A stretch of 32,000 bases of DNA from Cupriavidus necator (GCF_016127575.1 NZ_CP066018.1:3060001-3092000); one strand, 5' to 3'; numbered from the stretch's first letter, positions 10,722 to 20,575 are shown. Made by a program: numbers and translations. Notes: a model not told the origin generated them from the letters alone.

Positions 10722-11426
10722 TCAGCGCGGCAGCGACAGCGCGCCGGGCTGCACGTCGGCAATGTCCGCGCCCCTGAACCAGCGCGCGGGATGGGCGCCG
10801 CCCATTTCGAGGCGATCGTCCGAGACCCGCACCCAGTTGCCTTCGGGCAGCCCCAGCACTGGCATGTCGGGCTGCAGCACGGTGAATTCGGCCAGGCGCT
10901 GGTCGCGCGTTTCGCCGCGGAAGCCGGGCACGACCAGGTTGAAGTAGTGCGGGTTGATCTGGAAGGGGACCAGCGCCAGCGCGTCCAGGCCGCCCGGGTC
11001 GGCCACCGGCATGTCGTTGGTGGTGCTGATGGTCGGGCAGGCCAGGTTGGCGCCAGCGCTCCAGCCGATATAGCGCGCCGCACCGGATCGCACCCGCGCC
11101 GAGATCGCCGCCAGCAGGCCGCGCTCGCGCAGGCATTGCAGCAAGCGGAACGTGTTGCCGCCGCCAACGACGATCAGTTCAGCCGCCTCGATGGCGCGCA
11201 CGGCTGCCGCCGGCTCGGCCTGCCGGTGCAGCGATTGCACCGCGATGCCGACCGGCGCGAAGGCGTCGCGGACCAACGTCTCGTAGGTGTCCCAGTCGCG
11301 CGTGACCCCGGCGAACGGGATGAAGCAGGCAGTCTTGCGGCCGGCGGCCAGGTCCCGGATTGCCGCCTGGGCGTGGACCAGGTAGCCGGCGTCGCTGCTG
11401 GAGTTGCTGAGTAACAGGAGTTCCAT
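10722..11426 (-). CDS. pepE: Peptidase E (S51 family alpha-aspartyl dipeptidase)
   Basis: 234 aa. MELLLLSNSS start, GGGNTFRLL and GWSAGAN (Ser nucleophile context), INPHY motif. Confidence 0.8.
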   Translation of the reverse strand: MELLLLSNSSSDAGYLVHAQAAIRDLAAGRKTACFIPFAGVTRDWDTYETLVRDAFAPVGIAVQSLHRQAEPAAAVRAIEAAELIVVGGGNTFRLLQCLRERGLLAAISARVRSGAARYIGWSAGANLACPTISTTNDMPVADPGGLDALALVPFQINPHYFNLVVPGFRGETRDQRLAEFTVLQPDMPVLGLPEGNWVRVSDDRLEMGGAHPARWFRGADIADVQPGALSLPR

Positions 11427-11444
11427 AAGTCGTTGCGGCGAAGT

Positions 11445-12227
11445 CTAGATAAGTGGGGTGGCGTCGAGCCACAGTGGGTCGCCGATGCGCTGTCCCACGG
11501 GTGCCACGGCCTGCACCAGCGTCGCGCGCAGCGCCTGGGCCTGGGCCTGGCTGACCTGCATCGCGGTGAAAGACAGGCACAGCCCACGCACGTCGCCTGA
11601 GAGCGGATCTGCCAGCGTGGCGGCCACGGCGCCGATGCCGGGCATGCCTTCATTCACGGCGATGGCGCTGCGCTCGGCGCGGGCCGTCGCCACACGCTCG
11701 CGCAGCTCGGCGACCGTGGCGGGACAGCCTGCGGGTGCATCCGGCAGCTTGCGGGTGCCGGCGGCGCCATAGCGCGAGTTGAATTCAGGCTCGGGCAGGC
11801 GCGACAGCAGTACCCGGCCCATCGCTGTGGTGAATGCCGGCCGGCGTGCGCCGGGCGGTGACAGCACCTGCACCGGGTTGCTTCCGTTCAGGCGTTGCAG
11901 CACGACGGTGTCGGTGCCGTCCAGCATCGACAGGTAGGCGGTGAAGCCGGTGGCATCGGACAGCGTGGCCAGGATCTCGCGGCATTGCTCGTCGAAAGGA
12001 TGCGCCTGTGCAGCAGCCTGCGCGGCGCGGATCAGCAGCGCGCCAGGGCGGTAGCGCCGCGTGGACGGCTGCAGTTCCAGCAGGCGGTAGCGCACCATCT
12101 GGGCGAGCAGGCGCGAGGCCGAGCTCTTGGCAAGGCCAAGTTCGTCCAGGACATCGTTAAAAGTGATCTCGTGCCGGTGATGCCCGAACATGTCCAGGAC
12201 GCTTTCCACGCCTTCAAGAATGCTCAC
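11445..12227 (-). CDS. IclR-family transcriptional regulator
   Basis: ORF 11445..12335. The probable GTG start at 12227 is preceded by GGAG. wHTH region (ITFNDVLDELGLAKSSASRLLAQMV) and a C-terminal IclR effector domain. The stop is 18 nt upstream of the pepE start. Confidence 0.8.
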   Translation of the reverse strand: MSILEGVESVLDMFGHHRHEITFNDVLDELGLAKSSASRLLAQMVRYRLLELQPSTRRYRPGALLIRAAQAAAQAHPFDEQCREILATLSDATGFTAYLSMLDGTDTVVLQRLNGSNPVQVLSPPGARRPAFTTAMGRVLLSRLPEPEFNSRYGAAGTRKLPDAPAGCPATVAELRERVATARAERSAIAVNEGMPGIGAVAATLADPLSGDVRGLCLSFTAMQVSQAQAQALRATLVQAVAPVGQRIGDPLWLDATPLI

Positions 12228-12265
12228 TCCGCCGCTCCATGCTCCACGTCTTCTTACCTGTTTAT

Positions 12266-12292
12266 GGTTCCATTTTTTGGAACCAAGGTTCC
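12266..12292. promoter_or_regulatory. Candidate operator: inverted repeat plus a third half-site upstream of the IclR-pepE cluster
   Basis: GGTTCCA (12266-12272), TTTTT, TGGAACC (12278-12284), AA, GGTTCC (12287-12292). Confidence 0.45.
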
Positions 12293-12374
12293 GTAAATTG
12301 GTTTGCAAATAATAGAGGCACGAAGACAGGAACACAAGGGGGACATTCCCGGCGCGGCAACGCCGCGGCGAAGC

Positions 12375-12401
12375 AAAAAAAAACGGCCCCGATCAGGGGC
12401 C
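12375..12401 (-). terminator. Intrinsic terminator of the efflux operon (minus strand)
   Basis: On the minus strand: GGCCCC-TGATC-GGGGCC followed by nine T, just downstream of the emrB-like stop. Confidence 0.7.
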
Positions 12402-12428
12402 AAGTTCTTGAAAACCGGAGAGGTGGGG

Positions 12429-14042
12429 TCAGTGCGCCGCCAACGCATCCGCTGACCCGCCGCCGCCCTTGGCCGGCCGCGTCAGCCAGACAAAGCCGAT
12501 CAGCACGAAGAACAGCATCCCCGAGATCCAGAAGATATCGTTGGCGCCGAGCATGGCCGCCTGCTGGGTGATATTGCGCTCGATCACGCCGATCGCCTGG
12601 GCCTGGCTCATGCCCATCTGCATCAGGTGGTTGAGCTGGTCGTGGTAGGCCGGGTTGTACGGGGTGACCTGTTCCACCAGTTGCGCATGGTGCAGCGCCG
12701 TCCGGTTTTCCCAGAGCGTGGTCGAAATCGAAGCGCCGATGGCCCCGAACGTGATCCGGACGAAGTTGGACAGTCCTGACGCCGCCGGAATCCTTTCCGG
12801 CGGCTGGCCCGACAGGATGATCGAGGTCAACGGGATGAAGAACATCGCCATGGCTGCGCCCTGGATCAGGGTCGGGATCATCAGCGTGCGGGTGTCCACC
12901 TGGGTCGTGAAGCCGGCGCGCATCAGGCTGACGATGCCGAAGGTGATGAACGCGGCCGTGGCCACCCAGCGGGCATCCATTTTCGGCAGGTTCTTGCCAA
13001 TCAGCGGCGACAGCAGGATCGCAAAGATCCCTACCGGCGCCATCACGATGCCCGCGTCCGTGGCCGTATAGCCGACAATCGTCTGCAGCCACAGCGGCAG
13101 GATCACCAGGTTGCCGAAGAACAGCCCGTATGCCACGGAGATGGCGACCACGCCGGCGCTGAAGTTGCGGCCCTTGAACAGGCTGATATCGACGACCGGG
13201 TGCTTCTCATGGCTTTCCCAGATCAGGAAGAACAGGAAACCGACAATCGCCACCAGCGTCAGCACCACGATCTCGGTCGAGTGGAACCAGTCCAGTTCCT
13301 TGCCCTTGTCGAGCATCAGCTGCATCGAGCCCACCCAGATCACCAGCAGCGCCAGGCCGATGCGGTCGATCGGCAGCACCCTGGTCGGGGTTTCGCGGTC
13401 CTTGTAGATGGCCCAGGTGACATAGGCCGTGACGATGCCCACCGGCACGTTGATGTAGAAGATCCACGGCCAGGTCATGTTGTCCGAGATCCAGCCGCCC
13501 AGCAGCGGGCCCATGATCGGCGCCACCAGCGTGGTCATGCCCCACAGTGCCAGTGCCATGGTGCTCTTCTGCGGCGGATAGCTCGACAGCAGCAGCGACT
13601 GCGACAGCGGGATCATCGGCCCGGCCACCGCGCCCTGCAGGACCCGTGCGGCCAGCAGCGTCTCGAGGTTGGGAGCGACGCCGCACAGCCACGATGCCAG
13701 CACGAACAGCAGGATCGAGGTGATGAACAGCCGCACCGCGCCGAAGCGCGTGGTCAGCCAGCCGGTCAGCGGCACCGAGATCGCATTGGCCACCGCAAAC
13801 GAGGTGATGACCCATGTGCCCTGGTTGGGCGCCACGCCCAGGTCGCCTGAAATCGCCGGGATCGATACGTTGGCGATCGACGAGTCCAGCACGTTCATGA
13901 ACGTGGCCAGTGACAGCGCGATGGTGCCGACCACCAGCTTGCCGCCGGTCAGCGGCTGCGGCTGCTGCGGTGCCAGCGGCCGGACGGGCCGCGCCGGCGC
14001 CTGGCTGCCGCCGGACTGCGCGGCGGAGGGGGAGATGGCCAT
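12429..14042 (-). CDS. emrB: DHA2-family MFS multidrug efflux permease (EmrB/QacA-like, 14 TMS)
   Basis: 537 aa, highly hydrophobic. MFS/DHA2 motifs (LDSSIANVSIPAI, GWLTTRFG). Follows the HlyD-family gene. Confidence 0.9.
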   Translation of the reverse strand: MAISPSAAQSGGSQAPARPVRPLAPQQPQPLTGGKLVVGTIALSLATFMNVLDSSIANVSIPAISGDLGVAPNQGTWVITSFAVANAISVPLTGWLTTRFGAVRLFITSILLFVLASWLCGVAPNLETLLAARVLQGAVAGPMIPLSQSLLLSSYPPQKSTMALALWGMTTLVAPIMGPLLGGWISDNMTWPWIFYINVPVGIVTAYVTWAIYKDRETPTRVLPIDRIGLALLVIWVGSMQLMLDKGKELDWFHSTEIVVLTLVAIVGFLFFLIWESHEKHPVVDISLFKGRNFSAGVVAISVAYGLFFGNLVILPLWLQTIVGYTATDAGIVMAPVGIFAILLSPLIGKNLPKMDARWVATAAFITFGIVSLMRAGFTTQVDTRTLMIPTLIQGAAMAMFFIPLTSIILSGQPPERIPAASGLSNFVRITFGAIGASISTTLWENRTALHHAQLVEQVTPYNPAYHDQLNHLMQMGMSQAQAIGVIERNITQQAAMLGANDIFWISGMLFFVLIGFVWLTRPAKGGGGSADALAAH

Positions 14043-14044
14043 GG

Positions 14045-15301
14045 TCAGGTGTTGGCGGGCTTGGCGTTGGCGGCGCTGGCCGAGGGCAGGCCGGTGCTGC
14101 GGCCGCCGTTGTTGGCGGCGATGATGCGCGCGATCAGCTGGTCGGCGTCCTGCGCAACCTTGTCGTAGACATCGGTCTGCATCGGCTTGGCCGGCGCGGC
14201 AGGGGCCATGGCGGCGCCTTCCTCGCGGCGCACGTCGACCTTGACGGTCATCGACAGGCCCACGCGCAGCGGGTGGTCCTTGAGCTGCTGCGGGTCAAGC
14301 GCGATGCGCACCGGCAGGCGCTGCACCACCTTGATCCAGTTGCCGGTGGCGTTCTGCGCCGGCAGCAGCGAGAAGGCCGAGCCGGTACCTGCCGAGAAGC
14401 CTGCGACCTTGCCCTGGTATTCCACCTTGGAGCCGTACACGTCGGCTTCCAGCGTCACCGGCTGGCCGATGCGCATATGCGTGATCTGCACTTCCTTGAA
14501 GTTGGCGTCGACCCAGACCTGGTCCAGCGGCACCACGGCCATCAGCGGCGCGCCGGCGGCCACGCGCTGGCCGACCTGCACCGAGCGCTTGGCAACGTAG
14601 CCGGTGACCGGCGCCGGCATGGCCGAGCGCGCGAACGACAGGTAGGCCGAGCGCAGGCTGGCGGCGGCGCGCTGCACGTTGGGGTGCTTCTCCACCGTGG
14701 TCTGGTCGGTCAGCACCTTGTTCGACGCCAGCTGCTCGCGCGCGGCCAGCAGCGCCGACTCCGCACCCTTGAGCGCGGACTGCGCATGCGAGATCTCTTC
14801 ATTCGAGACCGCGCCCGAGCCGGCGATGGCCTGGCGGCGGCGCAGGTCGTCGCGGGCCTTGGCCACGTCGGCTTCGCGCAGCGCCACGTTGGCGGCGAGC
14901 GAGCCGTTGTTGACGTACAGCGTGCGCACTTCGCGCACGGCCTGTGCCAGCTGGGCCTCGGCCTGTTCCAGTGCCACTTGCGAATCGGCGCGATCAAGCT
15001 GGATCAGCGGCTGGCCGGCGGTGACCAGCTGCGTGTCGTCGGCGGAGATCGACACCACGGTGCCGCCCACCAGCGGCGTGACCTGGACCACGTTGCCGGC
15101 GACATAGGCGTCGTCGGTGTTTTCAAAGTGGCGGGCGTACATGCCCCAGTAAACGCCATAGCCGATGCCGGCGACCACGATTGCCGCGGTCAGCGACAGC
15201 AGCATGCGCTTGCGCTTGCCGTTGTTGTTGGTGGTGGCCGGCGCTTGCTGGGCAGGGTGCTGGGGGGCGTTGGTGCCGGCCGCTTGCTGGTTGTTGCTCA
15301 T
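14045..15301 (-). CDS. emrA: HlyD-family periplasmic adaptor (EmrA-like)
   Basis: 418 aa. Single N-terminal TM, coiled-coil middle and EmrA-like motifs (DDAYVAGNVVQVTPLVGGTV). Confidence 0.9.
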   Translation of the reverse strand: MSNNQQAAGTNAPQHPAQQAPATTNNNGKRKRMLLSLTAAIVVAGIGYGVYWGMYARHFENTDDAYVAGNVVQVTPLVGGTVVSISADDTQLVTAGQPLIQLDRADSQVALEQAEAQLAQAVREVRTLYVNNGSLAANVALREADVAKARDDLRRRQAIAGSGAVSNEEISHAQSALKGAESALLAAREQLASNKVLTDQTTVEKHPNVQRAAASLRSAYLSFARSAMPAPVTGYVAKRSVQVGQRVAAGAPLMAVVPLDQVWVDANFKEVQITHMRIGQPVTLEADVYGSKVEYQGKVAGFSAGTGSAFSLLPAQNATGNWIKVVQRLPVRIALDPQQLKDHPLRVGLSMTVKVDVRREEGAAMAPAAPAKPMQTDVYDKVAQDADQLIARIIAANNGGRSTGLPSASAANAKPANT

Positions 15302-15345
15302 GATGTCTTCTGAATAATCTTGTCTTCGATCACTGGGTGCGCGGA

Positions 15346-16890
15346 TCAGCCGCGGGCGCCCGCCTGGGTGTTGTGCTGTTGCTGCGCCGGTCCGTGGCCC
15401 GCGCTCTCGTGGCCTTCCGCAGGCTCCTCGTAGCCGCCGCCGAGCGCCTTCATCAGGCCCATCTGCAGGTCCAGCCGGCGCGCCTGCAGGTCGGTCGCCA
15501 GGCGGCGCTGCTGCAGCACATTGCTCTCGGCGTTCAGCACGGTCAGCTGCGTGCCCAGGCCGGCCTTGTAGCGGGTGGTGGCCAGCGCATAGGCGTGCTC
15601 GGCCAGGTCCAGCGCTTCGCGCTGGGTCTGGATCTGCTTGTCGACGCTGCGGATGCTGGTCATGGTGTCGGCGGTCTCGCGCAGCGCATCGACCAGGGCC
15701 TGGTTGTAGTTGGCCACGGCGATGTCGTAGCCGGCGTACTTGCCCTTCAGGTTGGCGCGCAGCTTGCCGCCTTCGAAGATCGGCAGGCGGATGGTCGGGC
15801 CGATGCCGAAGGTGCGGCTGACGCCCATCAGCAGGTTGGACGGATCCAGCGCGGCCAGGCCGGCAAAGGCGGTCAGGCTGACGTCAGGCAGGAACTCTTT
15901 CTTGGCGACACTGATGTCCTTGGACGCCGCCTCCACGCGCCAGCGTGCCGCCACCAGGTCCGGCCGGCGGCCCAGCAGGCCGATGGTCAGGTTGTCGGGC
16001 AGCGTCGGCGTGGCCTGCGCCAGCAGCACCGGGCGCTGGATCTGCAGGCCGCGGTCCGGGCCCTTGCCCAGCAGCGCTGCAAGCTGGTTGCGCGCCAGGG
16101 CGATTTCCTCGTCGACGCGCTGCAGGTCGGTGCGCGAAGCAGCCACCGTGCCGCGCGCCTGCGTGGTCTCGACCTGGGTGTCGAGGCCGGCGGCCAGGCG
16201 CTGGCGCGACAGCTCGGTCAGGTCGCTGCGCTGGGCGATGGCGCGCTCTGCCACGTCGTGCTGGGCATACAGCGCAGCCAGGCGGGCGTAGTTGCGGGCG
16301 ATCGAGGTGGCCAGGATCAGGCGCGAGGCCTGGCTTTCCGCCTCGGCGGCGCGGTCGTCGGAGAGCGCGGCTTCGAGCGCGTCGCGGTTCTTGCCCCAGA
16401 AATCGAAGTCATAGGACAGGCCCACCTGCAGGCGCGACTGGTTCTGCCACGATCCCGCCAGCGGGGTGCCTTCGAACAGGTCTTTCTCGGAGAAGCGCTG
16501 GCGGATCAGGCTGCCTTCGAACTCAAGGTGCGGATAGAGCGCGCTGCGGGTGGCATCGGCCATGGCGCGCGAGGCTTCCACGCGGGCGAACGCGGCCTGC
16601 AGGCTCGGGTTGTCCTTGACCGCCTCATCGACCAGGGCGCTCAGCTGGGGGTCCTTGAACTGCGCGACCCAATCCTGCGAGGGCCACTGGCCATGCTCGT
16701 CGGGCAAGGTCTGCGAGGTGGCCATCGTGGCCGGGTCGGCCACGGTCTGCGTGCTGTGCGAATTGCCAAGGGCCGCGCAGCCGGCCAGCACCGCCACGGC
16801 CACGGCGGTCAGCGCCAGTGTGCCGGCGCGGCGCACGAGCGCGCTTGTGCGGGCTGGCTGGGAGGCTTGGGGAGTGAGAGCTGGTTTCAT
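15346..16890 (-). CDS. Outer-membrane efflux lipoprotein, NodT/OprM family
   Basis: 514 aa. Lipobox LAGC in the signal peptide and OEP repeats. First structural gene after marR. Confidence 0.9.
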   Translation of the reverse strand: MKPALTPQASQPARTSALVRRAGTLALTAVAVAVLAGCAALGNSHSTQTVADPATMATSQTLPDEHGQWPSQDWVAQFKDPQLSALVDEAVKDNPSLQAAFARVEASRAMADATRSALYPHLEFEGSLIRQRFSEKDLFEGTPLAGSWQNQSRLQVGLSYDFDFWGKNRDALEAALSDDRAAEAESQASRLILATSIARNYARLAALYAQHDVAERAIAQRSDLTELSRQRLAAGLDTQVETTQARGTVAASRTDLQRVDEEIALARNQLAALLGKGPDRGLQIQRPVLLAQATPTLPDNLTIGLLGRRPDLVAARWRVEAASKDISVAKKEFLPDVSLTAFAGLAALDPSNLLMGVSRTFGIGPTIRLPIFEGGKLRANLKGKYAGYDIAVANYNQALVDALRETADTMTSIRSVDKQIQTQREALDLAEHAYALATTRYKAGLGTQLTVLNAESNVLQQRRLATDLQARRLDLQMGLMKALGGGYEEPAEGHESAGHGPAQQQHNTQAGARG

Positions 16891-16993
16891 GATGACGCTC
16901 CGTTGCCGGAGCCATGCTGTTTTTTTCTACGGGCTGTTGCGGGGTCCGGTTGACCGGACGTTCTGGCTTGCCGGAAGCCGGCAGGCACGCCCG

Positions 16994-17482
16994 CTACCCG
17001 CTGTTGTTTTCGATGATCCGTCGCAGCATGCTGCGCAGCAGTTGGATCTCATCCTCGGAAAAACCGCGGAAGTGGTGGGCAAGCACCTTGCAGAAGATGG
17101 CGGGCAGCCGTTCCACCAGTTCCTGGCCCTGTGGCGTGACCGACAGGTCGACCACGCGGCGGTCGGCGTCGCGGCGCCGGCGTTCGATCAGCCCGCGCTT
17201 TTCCATGCGGCTGAGCAGGCGCGTGACCGAGCCCATGTCGGTATTCAGTTCGCGGCCCAGGTCGGTGACGGTCGAGGCGCGGCCGGTCGCCAGCATCATC
17301 AGGCAGCTGGCTTGTGCCTGCGTGATGTCCAGGCTGCTGACTTCCTGCTCGACCCCGTGCGCCAGCATGTTCCTGGCGCGCTGCATCAGGTAGCCGACGC
17401 TGTCGCACATCTGGTACTGGGCGGGATCGAACAGGCCGGCCGTGGATTCGGCTGGTTGATCGGAGGAAGGGAGCCGTGACAT
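16994..17482 (-). CDS. MarR-family transcriptional regulator
   Basis: ORF 16994..17539; the ATG at 17482 (MSRLPSSDQ...) is preferred. wHTH (ASTVTDLGRELNTDMGSVTRLLSRMEKRGLIERRR). Confidence 0.85.
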   Translation of the reverse strand: MSRLPSSDQPAESTAGLFDPAQYQMCDSVGYLMQRARNMLAHGVEQEVSSLDITQAQASCLMMLATGRASTVTDLGRELNTDMGSVTRLLSRMEKRGLIERRRRDADRRVVDLSVTPQGQELVERLPAIFCKVLAHHFRGFSEDEIQLLRSMLRRIIENNSG

Positions 17483-17484
17483 CT

Positions 17485-17539
17485 TTGCCTTTGCAATCTT
17501 TGCTGAGGCAAATATATGTTCACGTTTAACGATAAGCAA
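17485..17539 (-). promoter_or_regulatory. sigma70-type promoter of the marR-efflux operon with an overlapping palindromic operator
   Basis: Minus strand: TTGCTT (17534-17539), 17 nt, TATATT (17511-17516). Inverted repeat TTGCCT (17485-17490) / AGGCAA (17506-17511) lies between the -10 and the marR ATG. Confidence 0.5.
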
Positions 17540-17670
17540 GAACGGAAATTGGTTATTCCACTTTTCGCAATGATATTCATTCGGTAAGTGGCGGTTCCGA
17601 TCAACGCGTCTTGCGCTGCAACATGCTAGAATGTTGGGTTACCTCAGATTCTCCAAAGCGAGACGCAGCA

Positions 17671-19491
17671 ATGACCCGCGCCATCCGAAATATCGCCATC
17701 ATCGCCCACGTCGATCATGGCAAGACCACCCTGGTCGACCAGCTCCTGCGCCAGGCAGGCACCTTCCGCGACAACCAGCAAGTCGCCGAGCGGGTGATGG
17801 ACTCGAACGACCTGGAAAAGGAACGCGGGATCACGATTCTCGCGAAGAACTGTGCCGTCGAGTACAACGGCACCCATATCAATATCGTCGACACCCCGGG
17901 CCACGCCGACTTCGGCGGTGAAGTGGAGCGCGTGCTGTCGATGGTCGACGGCGTGCTGCTGCTGGTCGATGCGGTCGAGGGCCCGATGCCCCAGACCCGC
18001 TTCGTCACGCGCAAGGCGCTGGCGCTGGGCCTGAAGCCGATCGTGGTGGTCAACAAGATCGACCGCCCGGGCGCGCGCCCGGACTGGGTCATCAACCAGA
18101 CCTTCGACCTGTTCGACAAGCTGGGCGCCACCGACGAGCAGCTCGACTTCCCGGTGATCTACGCCTCGGGCCTGAACGGCTTTGCCGGCCTGACCGAAGA
18201 CGTGCGCGACGGCGACATGAAGCCGCTGTTCGAGACCGTGCTGGACAAGGTGCCGGTGCGTGACGACGATCGGGACGGCCCCCTGCAGCTGCAGATCATC
18301 TCGCTGGACTACTCCAGCTACGTCGGCAAGATCGGCGTGGGCCGCATTTCGCGTGGCCGCGCCCGTCCGCTGCAGGACGTGGTGGTCAAGTTCGGCCCGG
18401 AAGGCAACCCGATCAAGGGCCGCATCAACCAGGTGCTGAAGTTCCAGGGCCTGGAGCGCGAGATCGTGTCCGAGGCCGAAGCCGGCGACATCGTGCTGAT
18501 CAACGGCATCGAAGAACTGGGTATCGGCTGCACCGTGTGCGCGCCGGAGGCCCAGGACGCGCTGCCGATGCTGAAGGTGGACGAGCCGACGCTGACCATG
18601 AACTTCTGCGTCAACACCTCGCCGCTGGCCGGCCGTGAAGGCAAATTCGTGACCAGCCGCCAGCTGCGCGAGCGCCTGGACCGCGAACTGAAGTCCAACG
18701 TGGCGCTGCGCGTGGCCGATACCGGCGACGACACCATCTTTGAAGTGTCTGGCCGCGGTGAACTGCACCTGACCATCCTGCTGGAAAACATGCGCCGCGA
18801 AGGCTACGAGCTGGCCGTGTCGCGTCCGCGCGTGGTGTTCAAGGAAATCGACGGCGTCAAGTGCGAGCCGTACGAACTGCTGACCGTGGACGTCGAAGAC
18901 AGCCACCAGGGCGGCGTGATGGAAGAGCTGGGCCGCCGCAAGGGCGAACTGCTCGACATGGCGTCGGACGGCAAGGGCCGTACCCGCCTGGAATACCGCA
19001 TCCCGGCCCGTGGCCTGATCGGTTTCCAGGGCGAGTTCATGACGCTGACGCGCGGCACCGGCCTGATCAGCCATATCTTCGACGACTACGCGCCGGTGCG
19101 CGAGGGCGGCCTGGGCGAGCGCCACAACGGCGTGCTGATCTCGCAGGACGACGGCGACGCCGTGGCTTACGCGCTGTGGAAGCTGCAGGACCGTGGCCGC
19201 ATGTTCGTCAAGCCGGGCGATGCGCTGTACGAAGGCATGATCATCGGCATCCACAGCCGCGACAACGACCTGGTGGTCAACCCGATCAAGGGCAAGCAGC
19301 TGACCAACGTTCGTGCTTCGGGTACAGACGAAGCCGTGCGCCTGGTGCCGCCGATCCAGATGTCGCTCGAATATGCGGTGGAATTCATCGCCGACGACGA
19401 ACTGGTCGAGCTCACGCCCAAGAGCATCCGCCTGCGCAAGCGCCACCTGAAGGAGCACGAGCGCAAGCGTGCTTCCCGCGAAGGCGCATAA
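17671..19491 (+). CDS. typA: Translational GTPase TypA/BipA
   Basis: Start ATG at 17671 ([26 protein letters not shown]). G-domain motifs and BipA C-terminal domain. An extended -10-like TGCTAGAAT sits at 17624-17632. Confidence 0.95.
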   Translation: MTRAIRNIAIIAHVDHGKTTLVDQLLRQAGTFRDNQQVAERVMDSNDLEKERGITILAKNCAVEYNGTHINIVDTPGHADFGGEVERVLSMVDGVLLLVDAVEGPMPQTRFVTRKALALGLKPIVVVNKIDRPGARPDWVINQTFDLFDKLGATDEQLDFPVIYASGLNGFAGLTEDVRDGDMKPLFETVLDKVPVRDDDRDGPLQLQIISLDYSSYVGKIGVGRISRGRARPLQDVVVKFGPEGNPIKGRINQVLKFQGLEREIVSEAEAGDIVLINGIEELGIGCTVCAPEAQDALPMLKVDEPTLTMNFCVNTSPLAGREGKFVTSRQLRERLDRELKSNVALRVADTGDDTIFEVSGRGELHLTILLENMRREGYELAVSRPRVVFKEIDGVKCEPYELLTVDVEDSHQGGVMEELGRRKGELLDMASDGKGRTRLEYRIPARGLIGFQGEFMTLTRGTGLISHIFDDYAPVREGGLGERHNGVLISQDDGDAVAYALWKLQDRGRMFVKPGDALYEGMIIGIHSRDNDLVVNPIKGKQLTNVRASGTDEAVRLVPPIQMSLEYAVEFIADDELVELTPKSIRLRKRHLKEHERKRASREGA

Positions 19492-19504
19492 GCGCTGACG
19501 CCGG

Positions 19505-19545
19505 CAATAAAAAAACCGCGCCCCGAAGGCGCGGTTTTTTATTGC
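19505..19545. terminator. Bidirectional intrinsic terminator between the convergent typA and hydroxylase genes
   Basis: CAATAAAAAAACCGCGCC-CCGAA-GGCGCGGTTTTTTATTG: a perfect stem flanked by A and T runs. Confidence 0.8.
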
Positions 19546-20402
19546 GTGCCGGGCAGCGGCTCCAGTGCCGGTGCGCGCGGGCTGCGCCACTCGGGCGGCT
19601 TCCACAGGTAGCGCAGGTCGCGATCGCGCCAGGCATCGGCGAACATGTCACGCCATTCGTGGAAGGTCAGCGTCAGCGGGTTATGGGTGCGCACCTGGCG
19701 GGTGATGCCGTACACCGGGGCCTCATGCTCGGGGACGAAGGTGCCGAACAGGCGGTCCCAGATCGTCAGCACACCGGCGTAGTTGCGGTCGATGTACTGC
19801 GGGTTCTTCGCATGGTGGACGCGATGGACCGATGGCGTATTCAGTAGCGACTCGATCAGCTGCCAGCGTTGCCCCAGCCGCGTATGCACGAAGAACTGGA
19901 AGGCCAGGTTCACGCCGACCGCCAGGATCACCCAGTCCGGCGTGAAGCCGATCCATGCCAGCGGAATCCAGAACAGCCACATGCCTGAGAGCGGATACGT
20001 CAGGCTCTGCCGGAACGCCGTCGAGAAATTCATGCCTTCCGACGAATGGTGCGTCACGTGCGAAGCCCACAGCCAGCGCACGCGGTGGCTGGCGCGGTGG
20101 AACCAGTAATAGAGAAAGTCCTGCAGCAGCAATAGCAGCGCGAATGACCACAGGGTCTCGGGCATGGCGCGCAGGCCGTGCTGGTAGCACCAGGTATAGA
20201 CCGTGCGGATCATCAGCCAGAGGAAGAACGCATCCGAGGCCTGGTGCATCAGCGCCAGCGCTGCGTTGGATACGGTGTCGCGCAGGCTGTAGACGGTCGG
20301 GTCGCGGCGGGCCCAGTACCATGCCTCGGCGCCGATGGTCAGCAGGAACACTGGCGCAAAGGCCAGCAGCACCAGTCCGGGATCGAGCGATTCAGTGTTC
20401 AT
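19539..20402 (-). CDS. Fatty acid hydroxylase / sterol desaturase-family integral membrane enzyme
   Basis: The long ORF 19539..20762 is trimmed to the ATG at 20402 (MNTESLDPG...). Three His boxes: HRASH, HVTHH, HRVHH. Confidence 0.8.
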   Translation of the reverse strand: MNTESLDPGLVLLAFAPVFLLTIGAEAWYWARRDPTVYSLRDTVSNAALALMHQASDAFFLWLMIRTVYTWCYQHGLRAMPETLWSFALLLLLQDFLYYWFHRASHRVRWLWASHVTHHSSEGMNFSTAFRQSLTYPLSGMWLFWIPLAWIGFTPDWVILAVGVNLAFQFFVHTRLGQRWQLIESLLNTPSVHRVHHAKNPQYIDRNYAGVLTIWDRLFGTFVPEHEAPVYGITRQVRTHNPLTLTFHEWRDMFADAWRDRDLRYLWKPPEWRSPRAPALEPLPGTQ

Positions 20403-20548
20403 GCCGCCAGTTTGCATATTCCGCATGGAATTGCCACGAGGGACTCCTCCAAACGGCGCTGCGCGGGGTCTCGCGGCGCATCCGCCACATGGTGGATTGC
20501 TGTACTGCCACGCAATTCTGTCACGCGTGTGAAGGTGGTGAATACCGG

Positions 20549-20575
20549 TAAAGGACGCAGCCAGCGTGCCGTAGT
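20549..20575 (+). promoter_or_regulatory. sigma-28 (FliA)-like promoter upstream of the chemoreceptor gene
   Basis: TAAAGGAC, 11 nt, GCCGTAGT compared with the consensus TAAAGTTT-N11-GCCGATAA; 65 nt upstream of the MCP ATG. Confidence 0.5.

Noticed and set aside
13910-16953. Plus-strand ORFs of 467 aa and 538 aa opposite the emrA-like and OMF genes
   Set aside because: Shadow ORFs of the minus-strand efflux genes. The translations are dominated by R/G/A/H/Q/L repeats.
17644-19605. 653-aa minus-strand ORF antisense to typA
   Set aside because: Shadow ORF. TypA on the plus strand carries unmistakable GTPase motifs, and the antisense product is low complexity.
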